A stretch of DNA of 64,000 nt, taken from the NCBI GenBank assembly GCA_040386195.1, contig JAZKFV010000021.1:8923-72922 (forward strand), written 5' to 3'. This DNA is from Pseudomonadota bacterium (lineage in GTDB: Bacteria > Pseudomonadota > Alphaproteobacteria > Rickettsiales > UBA1997). The notes below the pieces were generated by a model. It ran no database searches, had not been told where the DNA came from, and worked only from the letters and a program-made list of their open reading frames with translations. The translations under genes and the position numbers were made by a program. Of the stretch, positions 41,143 to 51,289 are shown in pieces. Every line of letters begins with the position of its first letter. Position 1 is the first letter of the stretch.

Positions 41143-42163
41143 TTGCATCTGCAACTGCTGATGCCTTATGAGCTTTGCGATTTTCCCAAGCTTTAAAATA
41201 TATTTCCGAAACAAAGCGAACCCCTTTTTCACCGCGTTTTAGCTGCACAACAATATCAACAACATTTTTAATATAGCCGAGAATTTCCGATGGCGACATT
41301 CCTAATCCGGCTTGCATAACCATCAATTTGAGTTGCTCTAAAGCCATTTTTGGAGTGTCAGCGTGTAGAGTAGAAATTGACCCGGGATGACCAGTATTAA
41401 TAGCGCGCAAAAAACTAAATGCTTCCGAACCGCGCAATTCACCAACAATAATTCGCTCTGGTCTTAAGCGCAGGCAAGCTTCAATCAAATCTTGAGTATT
41501 AACTTTTGCCCTACCCTGACCACCTTTGGAAGAAATCAGATGAACTCGATTGGGGTGAGTGTTCAGATCAATTTCCCTTGCATCTTCAACAGTGATTAAT
41601 CTTTCTTCGTGAGGAATGGTGCGAATCATCGCGTTGGTAAAAGTGGTTTTACCAGTTGAAGTTCCACCTGAGATGATAATATTTTTTTTATATAAAACTG
41701 CCCGCTGTAAAAAATCTTTAATTCTTCCCAACCTCAATAGTTTCATTAAAATTAAATCGTTTTTATCTTCAATGCTGCCAATTGACGCGCTGTTAAAAGC
41801 GCCCATTTTTTCATAATCATCCAAACTCCATTTGATGCTCGATTGTTTACGAATTGACATCACCACACAGCCAACTTCGCAAGCGGGCGGAAAAACAATT
41901 TGAATACGATAACCAGCCGGAAGAGTTGCTGATAAAAGCGGCTCTTCTTCACTAATTCTTTGTTCAGTTGATTGGGCAATTAGACGGGCGAGAGATTTTA
42001 AATGTTCAAAATCAAAAGCAGGCATTTCGTGGCGCACCATATCACCTTTAATTTCCACCCAAACTTCTCCGGGGCGATTAACTGATACTTCACTAACTCC
42101 CTCTTGATCGAGAATTTGTTTTAAAGGCAGAAGATAGGAATCTAACGCAGCAACACTTCTCAT
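41093..42163 (-). CDS. virB11: Type IV secretion ATPase VirB11 (P-type/Rickettsiales-like)
   Basis: [76 protein letters not shown]. Confidence 0.93.
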   Translation of the reverse strand: MRSVAALDSYLLPLKQILDQEGVSEVSVNRPGEVWVEIKGDMVRHEMPAFDFEHLKSLARLIAQSTEQRISEEEPLLSATLPAGYRIQIVFPPACEVGCVVMSIRKQSSIKWSLDDYEKMGAFNSASIGSIEDKNDLILMKLLRLGRIKDFLQRAVLYKKNIIISGGTSTGKTTFTNAMIRTIPHEERLITVEDAREIDLNTHPNRVHLISSKGGQGRAKVNTQDLIEACLRLRPERIIVGELRGSEAFSFLRAINTGHPGSISTLHADTPKMALEQLKLMVMQAGLGMSPSEILGYIKNVVDIVVQLKRGEKGVRFVSEIYFKAWENRKAHKASAVADAITEHHPEPNPAGQPIV

Positions 42164-42183
42164 TTAAATTATTCCCAAAATTA

Positions 42184-43770
42184 CTAGAAGGAGAACAATA
42201 GACCAGCCAGAACAACGTAGCCACTATTATCCTTTAATTGTCTTTCTTTATTGGAAAGATTTGCTTGATCAATCGATATATTGCTGGCTTTTGGCTGGTT
42301 GGATACAAATTTATATTGAGTCACCTCAACATAAGGCATCAAACCTTTTGCCATTCTGTAATCAACACCAAAGGAAATGGCGTTATATTTATTTTCTTGG
42401 AAGTTACTATCCAAATAAGTGACACTTGCTGCAAAAGGACCAAACTGATATGCGGCACCGGCAGTATAATAAGTGGCATCACTGAATTTTGTTGCGGCAC
42501 TTCCGGCAGCACAAGTTTGGTTTGTTAAAAGCAAGGTTGGGTCATAGTCGCAAGAATAAGCTCCGGTTTTTGGTTGCAGAGATTTTCCCCAGTTACCATA
42601 TGAAGCTCCAAATGTTGCTCCAAAATAACTTGCCATAAAGCCAAGATCATAAGCTTGCAAATTATTTCTTTGTATAACGGTGGAAGAGTTTTGTTCAAAC
42701 TTACCAGTCTCACCGGTTGCAGAAAGGGCAAATCCTAAATTACCAAAGTTATCAGAATAGTTCACAGCATAGCTTATAGCTTGTTTAATATCGCCGCTAT
42801 TATCACCAGAAATTGTCGCTGAGGTTCCGCTGGTTCCAGTATCAGGAGTGAAGCTGGCACCTAATTGCCAACCAGAAATTCTTGGTGTATAATAGCTGAC
42901 TTTGCTGGCATCTTCTAAATCACCAAATTGTCCATCACGAATTTGGGAGTTGGTTTTATTTTTGTTGAATCCCAAATCATTATCACCAGAGCCAATATTA
43001 TAATCGTTATCTGTCTCGCGGTTGTAAAAACCTTTGGCATAACCGCCATGAGCAATTGGCGCACGCGGAACCAGAATAAAGCGAGGAAGTTTGATATTGC
43101 CACAAGTGCCTCCAGCAGCTCCGGAAGCATTAACCCCAACCCCACCAGTACAAACTGCAGTTGAGCCTGCGGGCAAGCTACTACTATTTGCTAACATTGG
43201 CATGTTGATATATTCTAAATACTTACCATTAATACCACCAGCCCCACGTGCAAATGTTTCGGGACCAACTTTCATTTTGTGGTTCACTGCCGAGTTATTA
43301 CCAAATTCTAATTTACCCATTCGTGATTCAGTAAAAATATAAGCCTTATCAGCGTTCACACCTTCATTACGAGCTGAATTACTTGTGTTTCCCTGCAACT
43401 CTACAATTGCGCCATACTTCATTCCAAATTCATTGATACCAGCAACTTTGATATGTATTTCTGCTTCGTTAGTGAAATCAGGGTTGTTAGTCATTCTATT
43501 TTGAGTTCCGGTTTGATTACCAGAGCTATCCTCAATTATTGCTCCAGTTGATGGATTAACAGCAGCATCGGGCAATCGATCTTTACTAAAAGCGCCATCT
43601 TCACTTCTAAAACCAGCATTAGCGTTTAAAAATCCACCAATAGTTACAACCGGAACTGGAGAAAAACGGTCAGAATTAACTTGTTGATTGGCTTGCTGAG
43701 CATAGATATTTTTAGAAGATAAAATCAAAGACAATGACACTAAAACAGCTTTAAGAGAAAAGTTTTTCAT
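42184..43770 (-). CDS. Gram-negative porin-family outer membrane protein with Cys-containing loop insertions
   Basis: Signal peptide from ATG 43770, GMKYGAIVEL, KVSYYTPRISGWQLGASFTP, GVDYRMAKGLMPYVE, terminal F. Confidence 0.85.
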   Translation of the reverse strand: MKNFSLKAVLVSLSLILSSKNIYAQQANQQVNSDRFSPVPVVTIGGFLNANAGFRSEDGAFSKDRLPDAAVNPSTGAIIEDSSGNQTGTQNRMTNNPDFTNEAEIHIKVAGINEFGMKYGAIVELQGNTSNSARNEGVNADKAYIFTESRMGKLEFGNNSAVNHKMKVGPETFARGAGGINGKYLEYINMPMLANSSSLPAGSTAVCTGGVGVNASGAAGGTCGNIKLPRFILVPRAPIAHGGYAKGFYNRETDNDYNIGSGDNDLGFNKNKTNSQIRDGQFGDLEDASKVSYYTPRISGWQLGASFTPDTGTSGTSATISGDNSGDIKQAISYAVNYSDNFGNLGFALSATGETGKFEQNSSTVIQRNNLQAYDLGFMASYFGATFGASYGNWGKSLQPKTGAYSCDYDPTLLLTNQTCAAGSAATKFSDATYYTAGAAYQFGPFAASVTYLDSNFQENKYNAISFGVDYRMAKGLMPYVEVTQYKFVSNQPKASNISIDQANLSNKERQLKDNSGYVVLAGLLFSF

Positions 43771-43870
43771 AGATTTTTCAGGTGAAATAAATTGCCGGAC
43801 ATTAATTAAATTCGATTGTAATTTATTGGCATTAAAGTTGAAATACAATCATTAATTTAATGGTTATTTT

Positions 43871-43905
43871 TAATCATTAATCATTAGCCATTAATCATTA
43901 ATTAC
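43871..43905. repeat. Heptamer tandem repeat (TAATCAT)n
   Basis: TAATCAT TAATCAT TAGCCAT TAATCAT TAATTAC immediately before the folC start. Confidence 0.7.
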
Positions 43906-43906
43906 A

Positions 43907-45139
43907 TTGGTTTATCTACCTCACTTTCCAATTCCAAATAAAAATTCTATCAGCAATAATTCACCAGAAAAATTGCGTAAAATTTTATTAAAATTAGGCA
44001 ACCCGCAAGACCAATTACCACCCACAATTCACATTGCCGGCACTAATGGTAAGGGTTCAACAGCAGCATTTTTAGCCAGCATTTTTCAAGCAGCAAATTA
44101 TAAAACTCATATTTATACTTCACCTCATTTGCACCATTGCAACGAAAGAATTGTTGTGGCGAATAATCAAATTGATGATGGCTATTTATATGAAATGTTG
44201 GAAGAAATTAGAATTACCGCCGGCGAAATTAATCTAACTTTATTCGAAGGATTAACTCTGGCTGCCATTTTAGCATTTTCAAAAAACCCCGCCGATATTT
44301 GTATTATTGAAACCGGAATGGGCGGCAGAGTTGACGCAACCAATGTTATCGACAAAAAAATTGCCACAATTTTAACTGCAATTTCTTTCGATCATCAAGA
44401 ATTTTTAGGAAATAATTTGTTCGCAATTGCTTGTGAAAAATCGCACATTATGCGCCCAAATATTCCTTGTATTATCGCACCACAAAACCAAGAAATTATT
44501 ACCGCAATTGAACAAAGAAGCGCAGAAATATCCAACCAATTAATTTATTTGGATAATGATTTACCAATACCAAAACCAGCTTTGGAAGGCGCTCATCAAT
44601 ATGTAAACGCTGCTTTAGCAATCACAACCATCAACAATATTAGCGGTTTTAAAATTTCTCAAACCGACATTAATAACGGTTTAAAAAATGTTAAATGGTC
44701 ATCAAGATTAGAAAAATTAAATCATTCACTATTAAAACCAGATGATGAATTATGGATCGACGGAGCCCACAACCAAGCTGGTTTTGAAGTTTTGGCGAAT
44801 TGGATTAGCGAAAAAATTGCTGATGACGAAACTAAAAAACCAAAAAGAAATTATTTAATCACCGGCTTTTCCAAAAACAAATCTAAACCAGAATTTTTTC
44901 TACCTTTCAAAGATATTATTGACTTTATTTGCACCGTCAGAGTTGCTGGCGAGCCAAACGCAGAACAAGCTGAAGTGATATTAGAAAAAATTTTGGAAGC
45001 TGGAATTGAAGAAGTAAAAAATGAAGATGATTTATTTGACGCAATAAATTTTCTAGTAAATTTAGATTCAGAAAACCCGTGCCGAATTATAATTTGCGGT
45101 TCGCTTTATTTGGCGAGGGATGTAAGAAACAAGTCGTAA
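43907..45139 (+). CDS. folC: Folylpolyglutamate synthase/dihydrofolate synthase
   Basis: IHIAGTNGKGST, YTSPHL, ETGMGGRVDATN, DGAHN, CGSLYL. Confidence 0.96.
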   Translation: MVYLPHFPIPNKNSISNNSPEKLRKILLKLGNPQDQLPPTIHIAGTNGKGSTAAFLASIFQAANYKTHIYTSPHLHHCNERIVVANNQIDDGYLYEMLEEIRITAGEINLTLFEGLTLAAILAFSKNPADICIIETGMGGRVDATNVIDKKIATILTAISFDHQEFLGNNLFAIACEKSHIMRPNIPCIIAPQNQEIITAIEQRSAEISNQLIYLDNDLPIPKPALEGAHQYVNAALAITTINNISGFKISQTDINNGLKNVKWSSRLEKLNHSLLKPDDELWIDGAHNQAGFEVLANWISEKIADDETKKPKRNYLITGFSKNKSKPEFFLPFKDIIDFICTVRVAGEPNAEQAEVILEKILEAGIEEVKNEDDLFDAINFLVNLDSENPCRIIICGSLYLARDVRNKS

Positions 45140-45212
45140 GTGATAAGTCGTAAGTCGTAAGTTGAACCGAGCTCGGATCGACTTACGACTTACGACTTAT
45201 CACTTACGACTT
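45131..45212. repeat. 82-bp palindrome built from TAAGTCG heptamers (perfect 32-bp arms)
   Basis: AAGTCGTAAGTGATAAGTCGTAAGTCGTAAGT at 45131-45162 and its exact reverse complement at 45181-45212; centre contains CCGAGCTCGG. Confidence 0.95.
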
Positions 45213-46485
45213 AGATATACATCTCTTTTTCCATCTCTTCTAAGAATCCAAAATCATCACCAACATCTTGTTGCAAAATAATATTAGAGATAATTCGGCA
45301 AGTGGCGAAGGATAAAGTCCAACCTAGCGAGCCGTGTCCGATATTTAAAAACAAATTACCATATTTTTTTGCCCGACAAACCAGCGGCAAACATTCCGGG
45401 CGATAAGGGCGAAAGCCTGACCATTCTTTAGCATTTTTTAAATCGCCATAATCGGAGTAAGTTTGGCGGATAACATCTTTCAAAAAATTAATATTTTTTT
45501 GATTAAAATTATTTTTAAAATTACAAACCTCAACCGTTCCTGCCGCTCTGAAAACCTTGCCCAGTTTGCTATAAACCACTTTATTTTCCGGATCAGTTAA
45601 AGCTAAATTCGGCGATAAAAATAATTCATCAGTTGGAATTGACAGGCTATAACCTTTGAGCGGATAAATTTTTGGATCAATTTTAATTCCTTTCAAAAGC
45701 GAATTACTAAAAGCGCCCAAACAATCTAAATAAGCATTACCAACAAAAACACCTTCAGTGGTGTTAATTCCGGTAATTTTTTTGTGATTAGTTAAAAGAT
45801 TTTTAACCTCACATTTATAATAAAATTTAACTCCTAATTTATTTTTACAAATCAATTCCAAACTCTTGATAAAAGCCAAACAATCACCGCTAGCATCGTC
45901 TTTAAAAAATATTCCACCTTTCAAAATTTGTTCATCAAAAATCTTAGTCAAAGTTGGTTCTTTTTTAACACATTCCTGCGCGCTTAAAATTTCTAAATTA
46001 CAACCTAAAGATTTTTGCTGTTTAGCTTGAACAATCGCTTGATTAAATAATTTTTCATCACGATAAAAATGCAAAATGCCGCCTGATTTATAACAAAAAT
46101 CAATCTTTTCTTTACTCAATATTTCAGCCAAAACTTGCCGGCTAAAAGCACCTAATTTCAGGGTTTTTTCAGCAATGATTTGTGATTTTTCTGCTTTAGA
46201 ATTTTTAGAAAATTCCAGCGCCCAATTAAAAAACTGCCTGTTAGTTAAATCCGAAATTGACAAAAAAGAATTTGGCGTGATCGCCGCTTTTAAAAATGAA
46301 ATCAAAGAATTTTTTGCCGCCCAAGGTTCACAGTGTGAAAAGCTAAGCTGCCCGCCATTCGCACCGCTGCAACCTGCCGCGCTTTCAGATTCCTTTTCCA
46401 AAACCACAACTTCGCATCCAGCTCGCGCCAAAAAATAAGCCGACAAAACTCCATTAATTCCTGATCCAAGAATAACTACTTTCAT
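45211..46485 (-). CDS. D-amino acid dehydrogenase-like FAD oxidoreductase
   Basis: MKVVILGSG..G, SGANGGQLS, IYPLKGYSL, W.GFRP, GHGSLGWT; start ATG 46485. Confidence 0.88.
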   Translation of the reverse strand: MKVVILGSGINGVLSAYFLARAGCEVVVLEKESESAAGCSGANGGQLSFSHCEPWAAKNSLISFLKAAITPNSFLSISDLTNRQFFNWALEFSKNSKAEKSQIIAEKTLKLGAFSRQVLAEILSKEKIDFCYKSGGILHFYRDEKLFNQAIVQAKQQKSLGCNLEILSAQECVKKEPTLTKIFDEQILKGGIFFKDDASGDCLAFIKSLELICKNKLGVKFYYKCEVKNLLTNHKKITGINTTEGVFVGNAYLDCLGAFSNSLLKGIKIDPKIYPLKGYSLSIPTDELFLSPNLALTDPENKVVYSKLGKVFRAAGTVEVCNFKNNFNQKNINFLKDVIRQTYSDYGDLKNAKEWSGFRPYRPECLPLVCRAKKYGNLFLNIGHGSLGWTLSFATCRIISNIILQQDVGDDFGFLEEMEKEMYI

Positions 46486-46489
46486 TTGA

Positions 46490-48439
46490 TTATTGCGTTG
46501 ATTGTCTAACTTTTGATGGCTGCTGAAGTAATTTGGCGCCACCAAAAGGTTCAAGCCCATATTCGTCTGGATAACAAATATCTCCTCTTCTACCATTCAA
46601 TTTTTCTTTAGCAGATTCACAATATTCGGTCACAAAGAACATCTTTTCACTTCTCTGACAACCAATTGTTTTTTCATTTCCATCCAAATCTTGCACCACA
46701 AATTCTATATCACAACTTGCATCATGGAATATTTGAGTAATTTTTTCTTGAGCATTTTCTTCATTTACCAATTGATCAATGGTTACTATTTCACCCTCAA
46801 TATAAACCGCAGTTATATATTTACCTACTAACCATTCGGCAATATTAACATCTGAAGGATTGTCACCAATGTAAAATCTAGCCGTATATGGAGCAAAAGT
46901 TTCTATCACTTGCAAAACACACTTGCCATCAAGCTCTACAGCTAAGGTATCCGCACCAATACCATTATAAGCTCCGTATGGATGAGGATTCTTTGCCTGT
47001 TTTTTTAAATTAGATTTTAAGTTAGAAATAATTGGATCAACCTTACTAACAAAAGAGTCTTCTGGCTCATCACCGTCAATCCAATCATGAATTTTTTTGC
47101 ACACTTTTTGTTGCTGTTCTTCAGTAATTTTTATGTCAGTTTCTGGTTCTGGTGTTAATTCTGCAGAAACAGCTTTGGTGTTTCTTCTTGTCGGTCTAAT
47201 TGGATTTTTTGGTATTCTCTCATCTTGACCAAAATGAACTTTTTTTCCCACTCTTACCGGAGGTTTTTTTGCTTCAGTTTTTTGCCTATTTATCTCCTTG
47301 AAAGCTTCAGGCAAAGTTTTTTTAGCAACAGCATTTCGAAGCTGCTGCTCTCTTTTAGCGGATTCAATTGAAGCTTTCAAAGCCGCTTGCAAATTTGGAT
47401 CGTTTTTGTCTTTTTCTTGCTCAGCTAATTCCGACAAACTTCTGGCAACTGCCAATCTTAAATCAGAATCGTTATTTTCATTTTCTACAAATGAATTTTT
47501 TTGTTGCTCTTGTTGATATGTTTTTAATGATTCCGCGATCGCTTTTTGAATCTGCCCTTCTTCGGTATCAGTGTTAGTTTGCAAATCTTGAACAGATGAT
47601 ACCCCTCTTGCATAACGATCAATTCTTTCGGCAAGAAAAGAGTTCCCCTTAGTAAAGTTATAAATATCAATCAATTCTTGCGCTCGATAATCAGCTATTC
47701 GTGAATTATTTTCACCTCTAATATTAGCCGCAATTCTTACGGTATGATCTTTTAACTCCCGTCTTTTACTTGCTGGATTTAAAATTTTATGATGAGTGCA
47801 ATGCAAAACTCCTAAAGCCTGAGCAAAAACTTCCACATCACGAGTATCTGCCCAATAATTTTGGTCATTACTATCACGAAGTAAGTTCTCTAATTTTCGT
47901 ACAATCTTTTCCTTCTCTTCGTTGCCACGACCAATAATATTAATAACAAAATTGACAGCTTGCGTCATATCTAAACTTTTAGATTTACTTAAGTTTAATT
48001 TTGCTTTTTTAGCGGCAGCAATTATTAGCGGATTCTTTTTTAAATTATCATTATTCAAAACCGCATTAACCATGGCATGAACTCCGCAAGCACCATCACC
48101 TTGGCAAGAAATATTGTTTTTTGACCATCGATTATGTTCAAATCTATACTCAACCAGACTCCAATGTCCACCATAGGTATTAGTGAATGAAAAAAATGAT
48201 TGCCCATTTTTTGGTCGATAATTATCGCCTCCTAACTGCTCTTTTACAATCCCAAACTCATCTTGCCCACGCAAATTATTAGTTCCAACCGGAGTTAAAA
48301 AAACCACTGGCGCCGCTTTAACATCGTCAATATCTAAAGTCTCCACCTCCGAATTAGGCATCAAATTCACTCGGTAACGAACATATTGTTCAAATAATTC
48401 TTGATCGCTTTGAGTTGTTTGTTCTAACTGATTTCTCAT
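46490..48439 (-). CDS. Putative deubiquitinase effector: permuted OTU-like domain plus three UIMs
   Basis: GGHW (His92), GDGACG (Cys118), YWADTRDVEVFAQALGV; UIM-like EEGQIQKAIAESL, DSDLRLAVARSL, DPNLQAALKASI. Confidence 0.6.
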   Translation of the reverse strand: MRNQLEQTTQSDQELFEQYVRYRVNLMPNSEVETLDIDDVKAAPVVFLTPVGTNNLRGQDEFGIVKEQLGGDNYRPKNGQSFFSFTNTYGGHWSLVEYRFEHNRWSKNNISCQGDGACGVHAMVNAVLNNDNLKKNPLIIAAAKKAKLNLSKSKSLDMTQAVNFVINIIGRGNEEKEKIVRKLENLLRDSNDQNYWADTRDVEVFAQALGVLHCTHHKILNPASKRRELKDHTVRIAANIRGENNSRIADYRAQELIDIYNFTKGNSFLAERIDRYARGVSSVQDLQTNTDTEEGQIQKAIAESLKTYQQEQQKNSFVENENNDSDLRLAVARSLSELAEQEKDKNDPNLQAALKASIESAKREQQLRNAVAKKTLPEAFKEINRQKTEAKKPPVRVGKKVHFGQDERIPKNPIRPTRRNTKAVSAELTPEPETDIKITEEQQQKVCKKIHDWIDGDEPEDSFVSKVDPIISNLKSNLKKQAKNPHPYGAYNGIGADTLAVELDGKCVLQVIETFAPYTARFYIGDNPSDVNIAEWLVGKYITAVYIEGEIVTIDQLVNEENAQEKITQIFHDASCDIEFVVQDLDGNEKTIGCQRSEKMFFVTEYCESAKEKLNGRRGDICYPDEYGLEPFGGAKLLQQPSKVRQSTQ

Positions 48440-48499
48440 AAGATTATTTAATATTATAATTGATTGTTTAACCTAAAACAGAATTAAAAAACTTCCAAA

Positions 48500-51289
48500 A
48501 TGCACAAAAATATTTTCAACATAAAACCAAACTCAAGCTTTTTGTCAAGCCTTGCCCAATGGGTTTGGCAAAATTATCCTGATCAGCTTTATTTATCAAG
48601 CCTTACTATCTTGTTGCCCAGCCGTAGAGCTTGCCGAGAGCTGAAAAAAATATTTTTAAATTTATCTAAAAATGAAGCAGTAATTTTGCCAAAAATTTTA
48701 GCGATTGGCGATGTTGATTATGATGAAGTATTTTTTAGCGATTCTGGCAACAAAATTGAATATCAATTACGACTCATTGAAGCAATTAAAAATTGGAATC
48801 ACAAAACCAATCTCTTCGGCAAAAACATCTCCACCGCCGCGCTGGCAGCAATTGCTGATAATCTGCAAACTTTTTTAGATGAGATTGAAAAAGAAGGTTT
48901 GAGTTTGGATAATTTGCTGGCAATTGACGATTCTGAGCTTGCTTCACACAAACAACAAATCTTAAAATTTCTCCAATATTTTAGCAGTGTTTGGCAAAAT
49001 ACTTTGCTCAAGGATGGTTTAATTTCCGCTGCCAAAAACCGCAATTTGATGCTTAAAAATTATAATGAACATCTTCAAAAAAATGGTAGCCAACATCCAA
49101 TCATCGCCGCTGGCTCAACCGGAAGCGTTGTTGCTGCTTCTGAGCTTTTAAAAACTATTGCCTCACTTGAAAATGGTCATTTGGTCTTATTTGGGCTAGA
49201 TCAAAATTTAGATGAAAATATTTGGCAAAAAATTGCAGAAAATCATCCGCAATTTATGCTCAAAAAATTGTTAGAAAAAATAGGAATCGTAAGAAAAAAT
49301 GTTGTAAATATTGACAGCGCAAAACAAAGCGATGTGCTTAATTTATGCTCTTTAGCAATGTTGCCAATAGAATTTATTTTTGAAAAACAACCAGAGAAAA
49401 TAAATCAAATCAATTCCCTAACCAAAATTGAAACCGAGAACGAATTTGCTGAAGCAAAAATTATCGCCTTGCTGTTGCGTCAGGCTTTAGAAACCAAAGA
49501 AAAAACCGCCGCATTAATTAGTAATGACAAAAATTTAATCCAGCTGGTAAAAGCCAATTTGCTGGCTTGGCAGATTGAAATTGACGATTCAGCAAGCTCA
49601 AATTTAGCTGAATCTGAATTAGCAAATTATCTATTTTTAATCAGCCAATTTGCCAGCAATGATTTTAGTGCGATTAATTTATTAGCAGTTTTAAAACATC
49701 CTTTAAGTGGCTTTTCAGCTGAGTTTCTGAAGGTTTTAGAAATTAAAGTTTTAAGAAATGTAGTCAAATTTTCTAACTTTGATGATTTGATTGCGCAGAT
49801 AAAAAATAATGATGAATTATTGGTTTGGCTAAAACAAATTGCCAAAATTTTTCAACCTTTAATTAGTGAGTTTCAAAAAGAAAAAATTGATTTTAAAAAA
49901 ATAGTTGCGTTACATTTTGATTGTTTATCGTCATTGCGAGGAGGCAACGCCGACGCAACAATCCCTAGTCTTAATGGCAATGAAGAACTTTTAGAATTTT
50001 ATCAAGAAATCTTAAATACTAAAACCAATTTTAATCTAGAACCGCAAAGTTATAACCAACTGCTTCAAAACCTACTCAAAAATTATCAATTCAGAAAATC
50101 CGGCAAATTTCATCCCCGCTTACATATTTTATCAACTATGGAAGCAAGATTGATGAGCTATGATTTAACCATTGTTTCTGGGCTTTGCGAAGGAGAATTT
50201 CCGTCTAAATCTAGCGATGATTGGCTGGGAAATAAAATTCGCGCTGAATTTGGGCTATCGTCTGGAGCTAAGAAAATCGGCATTGCCGCTTATGATTTTT
50301 GTAATTATTTAGGCAATAAAGAAGTGATTTTGCTTTATCCAAAAAATCAAAATAACGCTCCAACAATTAAATCACGATTTTTATTAAAGTTAGAAACAGT
50401 CTTGAAATTAAACGGCTGGGAAGATTATTTAAAAGATGGTGAAGAATATTTGCAGCTACTAAATTTAGATTCTAAAAAACCAATCAACGCTTCAAGAGCC
50501 AATCCAACGCCAGAACAAAAACTCCAAAAAATCTCCGCCACCGATATTTCTAAATGGCTTCGAAACCCTTATTATATCTACGCCAAACGCATTTTACAGC
50601 TCAAGCCTTTAAAACAAATTGAACAGGATGCATCTTTTGCTGAATTTGGAAATTTTGTTCATAAAGCTTTAGAAGAATTTGTCAAAAATTATCCAAAAAT
50701 TGATTTAGAAAAATTTGCGAAAGAAATTTTCTCCAATTATTTTCCTGACCAAGCCACGCATTTATTATGGTGGCCAAGATTTGAAAATATTGCTAAATGG
50801 TTTTTAAAACAGGAAATTGAGCTGAGAAAAAATTTACAAAAAAGTTTTGTTGAAATCGAAGCTGAAGTAATTATCGGCGATATAATTTTGACCACCAAAG
50901 TTGATCGTATCAATTTATATCAAGATGGCAGCTATGAAATTATTGATTATAAAACCGGAACTTTGCCCGCGCCAAAAGAAATTAAATCTGGCTTGGAGCC
51001 ACAATTAGCAGTGGAAGCGATTGTTTTGACTAAAGGTAAAATTAAAAATTATTCAGAGTTAAAAATTTTACAAGTCAATAATTTGCAATATCAAAATTTG
51101 AAAGGCAAAGATCAAAATGAAGCTAAAGATTTAAGCGATATTGATAAATTAATTACTGCCGCCGATGATGGAATTTTAAGGCTTTTAGAAATTTTTAATG
51201 ATCAAAATTTTGGATATATTTGCTGTCCAAATATTGATATCTATAAAGAAGATGATTATTGGCATCTAGCACGAACTGGAGAATTATGA
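48500..51289 (+). CDS. addB: Double-strand break repair protein AddB
   Basis: ILLPSRRACREL, IAAGSTGS, HPQF, NPYYIYAKRILQL, nuclease motif KVDRI...IIDYKTG, HLAR. Confidence 0.92.
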   Translation: MHKNIFNIKPNSSFLSSLAQWVWQNYPDQLYLSSLTILLPSRRACRELKKIFLNLSKNEAVILPKILAIGDVDYDEVFFSDSGNKIEYQLRLIEAIKNWNHKTNLFGKNISTAALAAIADNLQTFLDEIEKEGLSLDNLLAIDDSELASHKQQILKFLQYFSSVWQNTLLKDGLISAAKNRNLMLKNYNEHLQKNGSQHPIIAAGSTGSVVAASELLKTIASLENGHLVLFGLDQNLDENIWQKIAENHPQFMLKKLLEKIGIVRKNVVNIDSAKQSDVLNLCSLAMLPIEFIFEKQPEKINQINSLTKIETENEFAEAKIIALLLRQALETKEKTAALISNDKNLIQLVKANLLAWQIEIDDSASSNLAESELANYLFLISQFASNDFSAINLLAVLKHPLSGFSAEFLKVLEIKVLRNVVKFSNFDDLIAQIKNNDELLVWLKQIAKIFQPLISEFQKEKIDFKKIVALHFDCLSSLRGGNADATIPSLNGNEELLEFYQEILNTKTNFNLEPQSYNQLLQNLLKNYQFRKSGKFHPRLHILSTMEARLMSYDLTIVSGLCEGEFPSKSSDDWLGNKIRAEFGLSSGAKKIGIAAYDFCNYLGNKEVILLYPKNQNNAPTIKSRFLLKLETVLKLNGWEDYLKDGEEYLQLLNLDSKKPINASRANPTPEQKLQKISATDISKWLRNPYYIYAKRILQLKPLKQIEQDASFAEFGNFVHKALEEFVKNYPKIDLEKFAKEIFSNYFPDQATHLLWWPRFENIAKWFLKQEIELRKNLQKSFVEIEAEVIIGDIILTTKVDRINLYQDGSYEIIDYKTGTLPAPKEIKSGLEPQLAVEAIVLTKGKIKNYSELKILQVNNLQYQNLKGKDQNEAKDLSDIDKLITAADDGILRLLEIFNDQNFGYICCPNIDIYKEDDYWHLARTGEL
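49930..49964. repeat. GTCATTGCGAG-type repeat half-element in frame in addB
   Basis: GTCATTGCGAGGAGGCAACGCCGACGCAACAATCC is a GC-rich patch in an AT-rich gene and encodes SLRGGNADATIP. Confidence 0.6.

Noticed and set aside
48080-48170. CE-clan (Ulp1-like) assignment of the HW...Q.DG.CG protease
   Set aside because: His-Cys spacing is too short to hold the usual intervening Asp strand, and the downstream W-helix fits OTU better. Not fully excluded.
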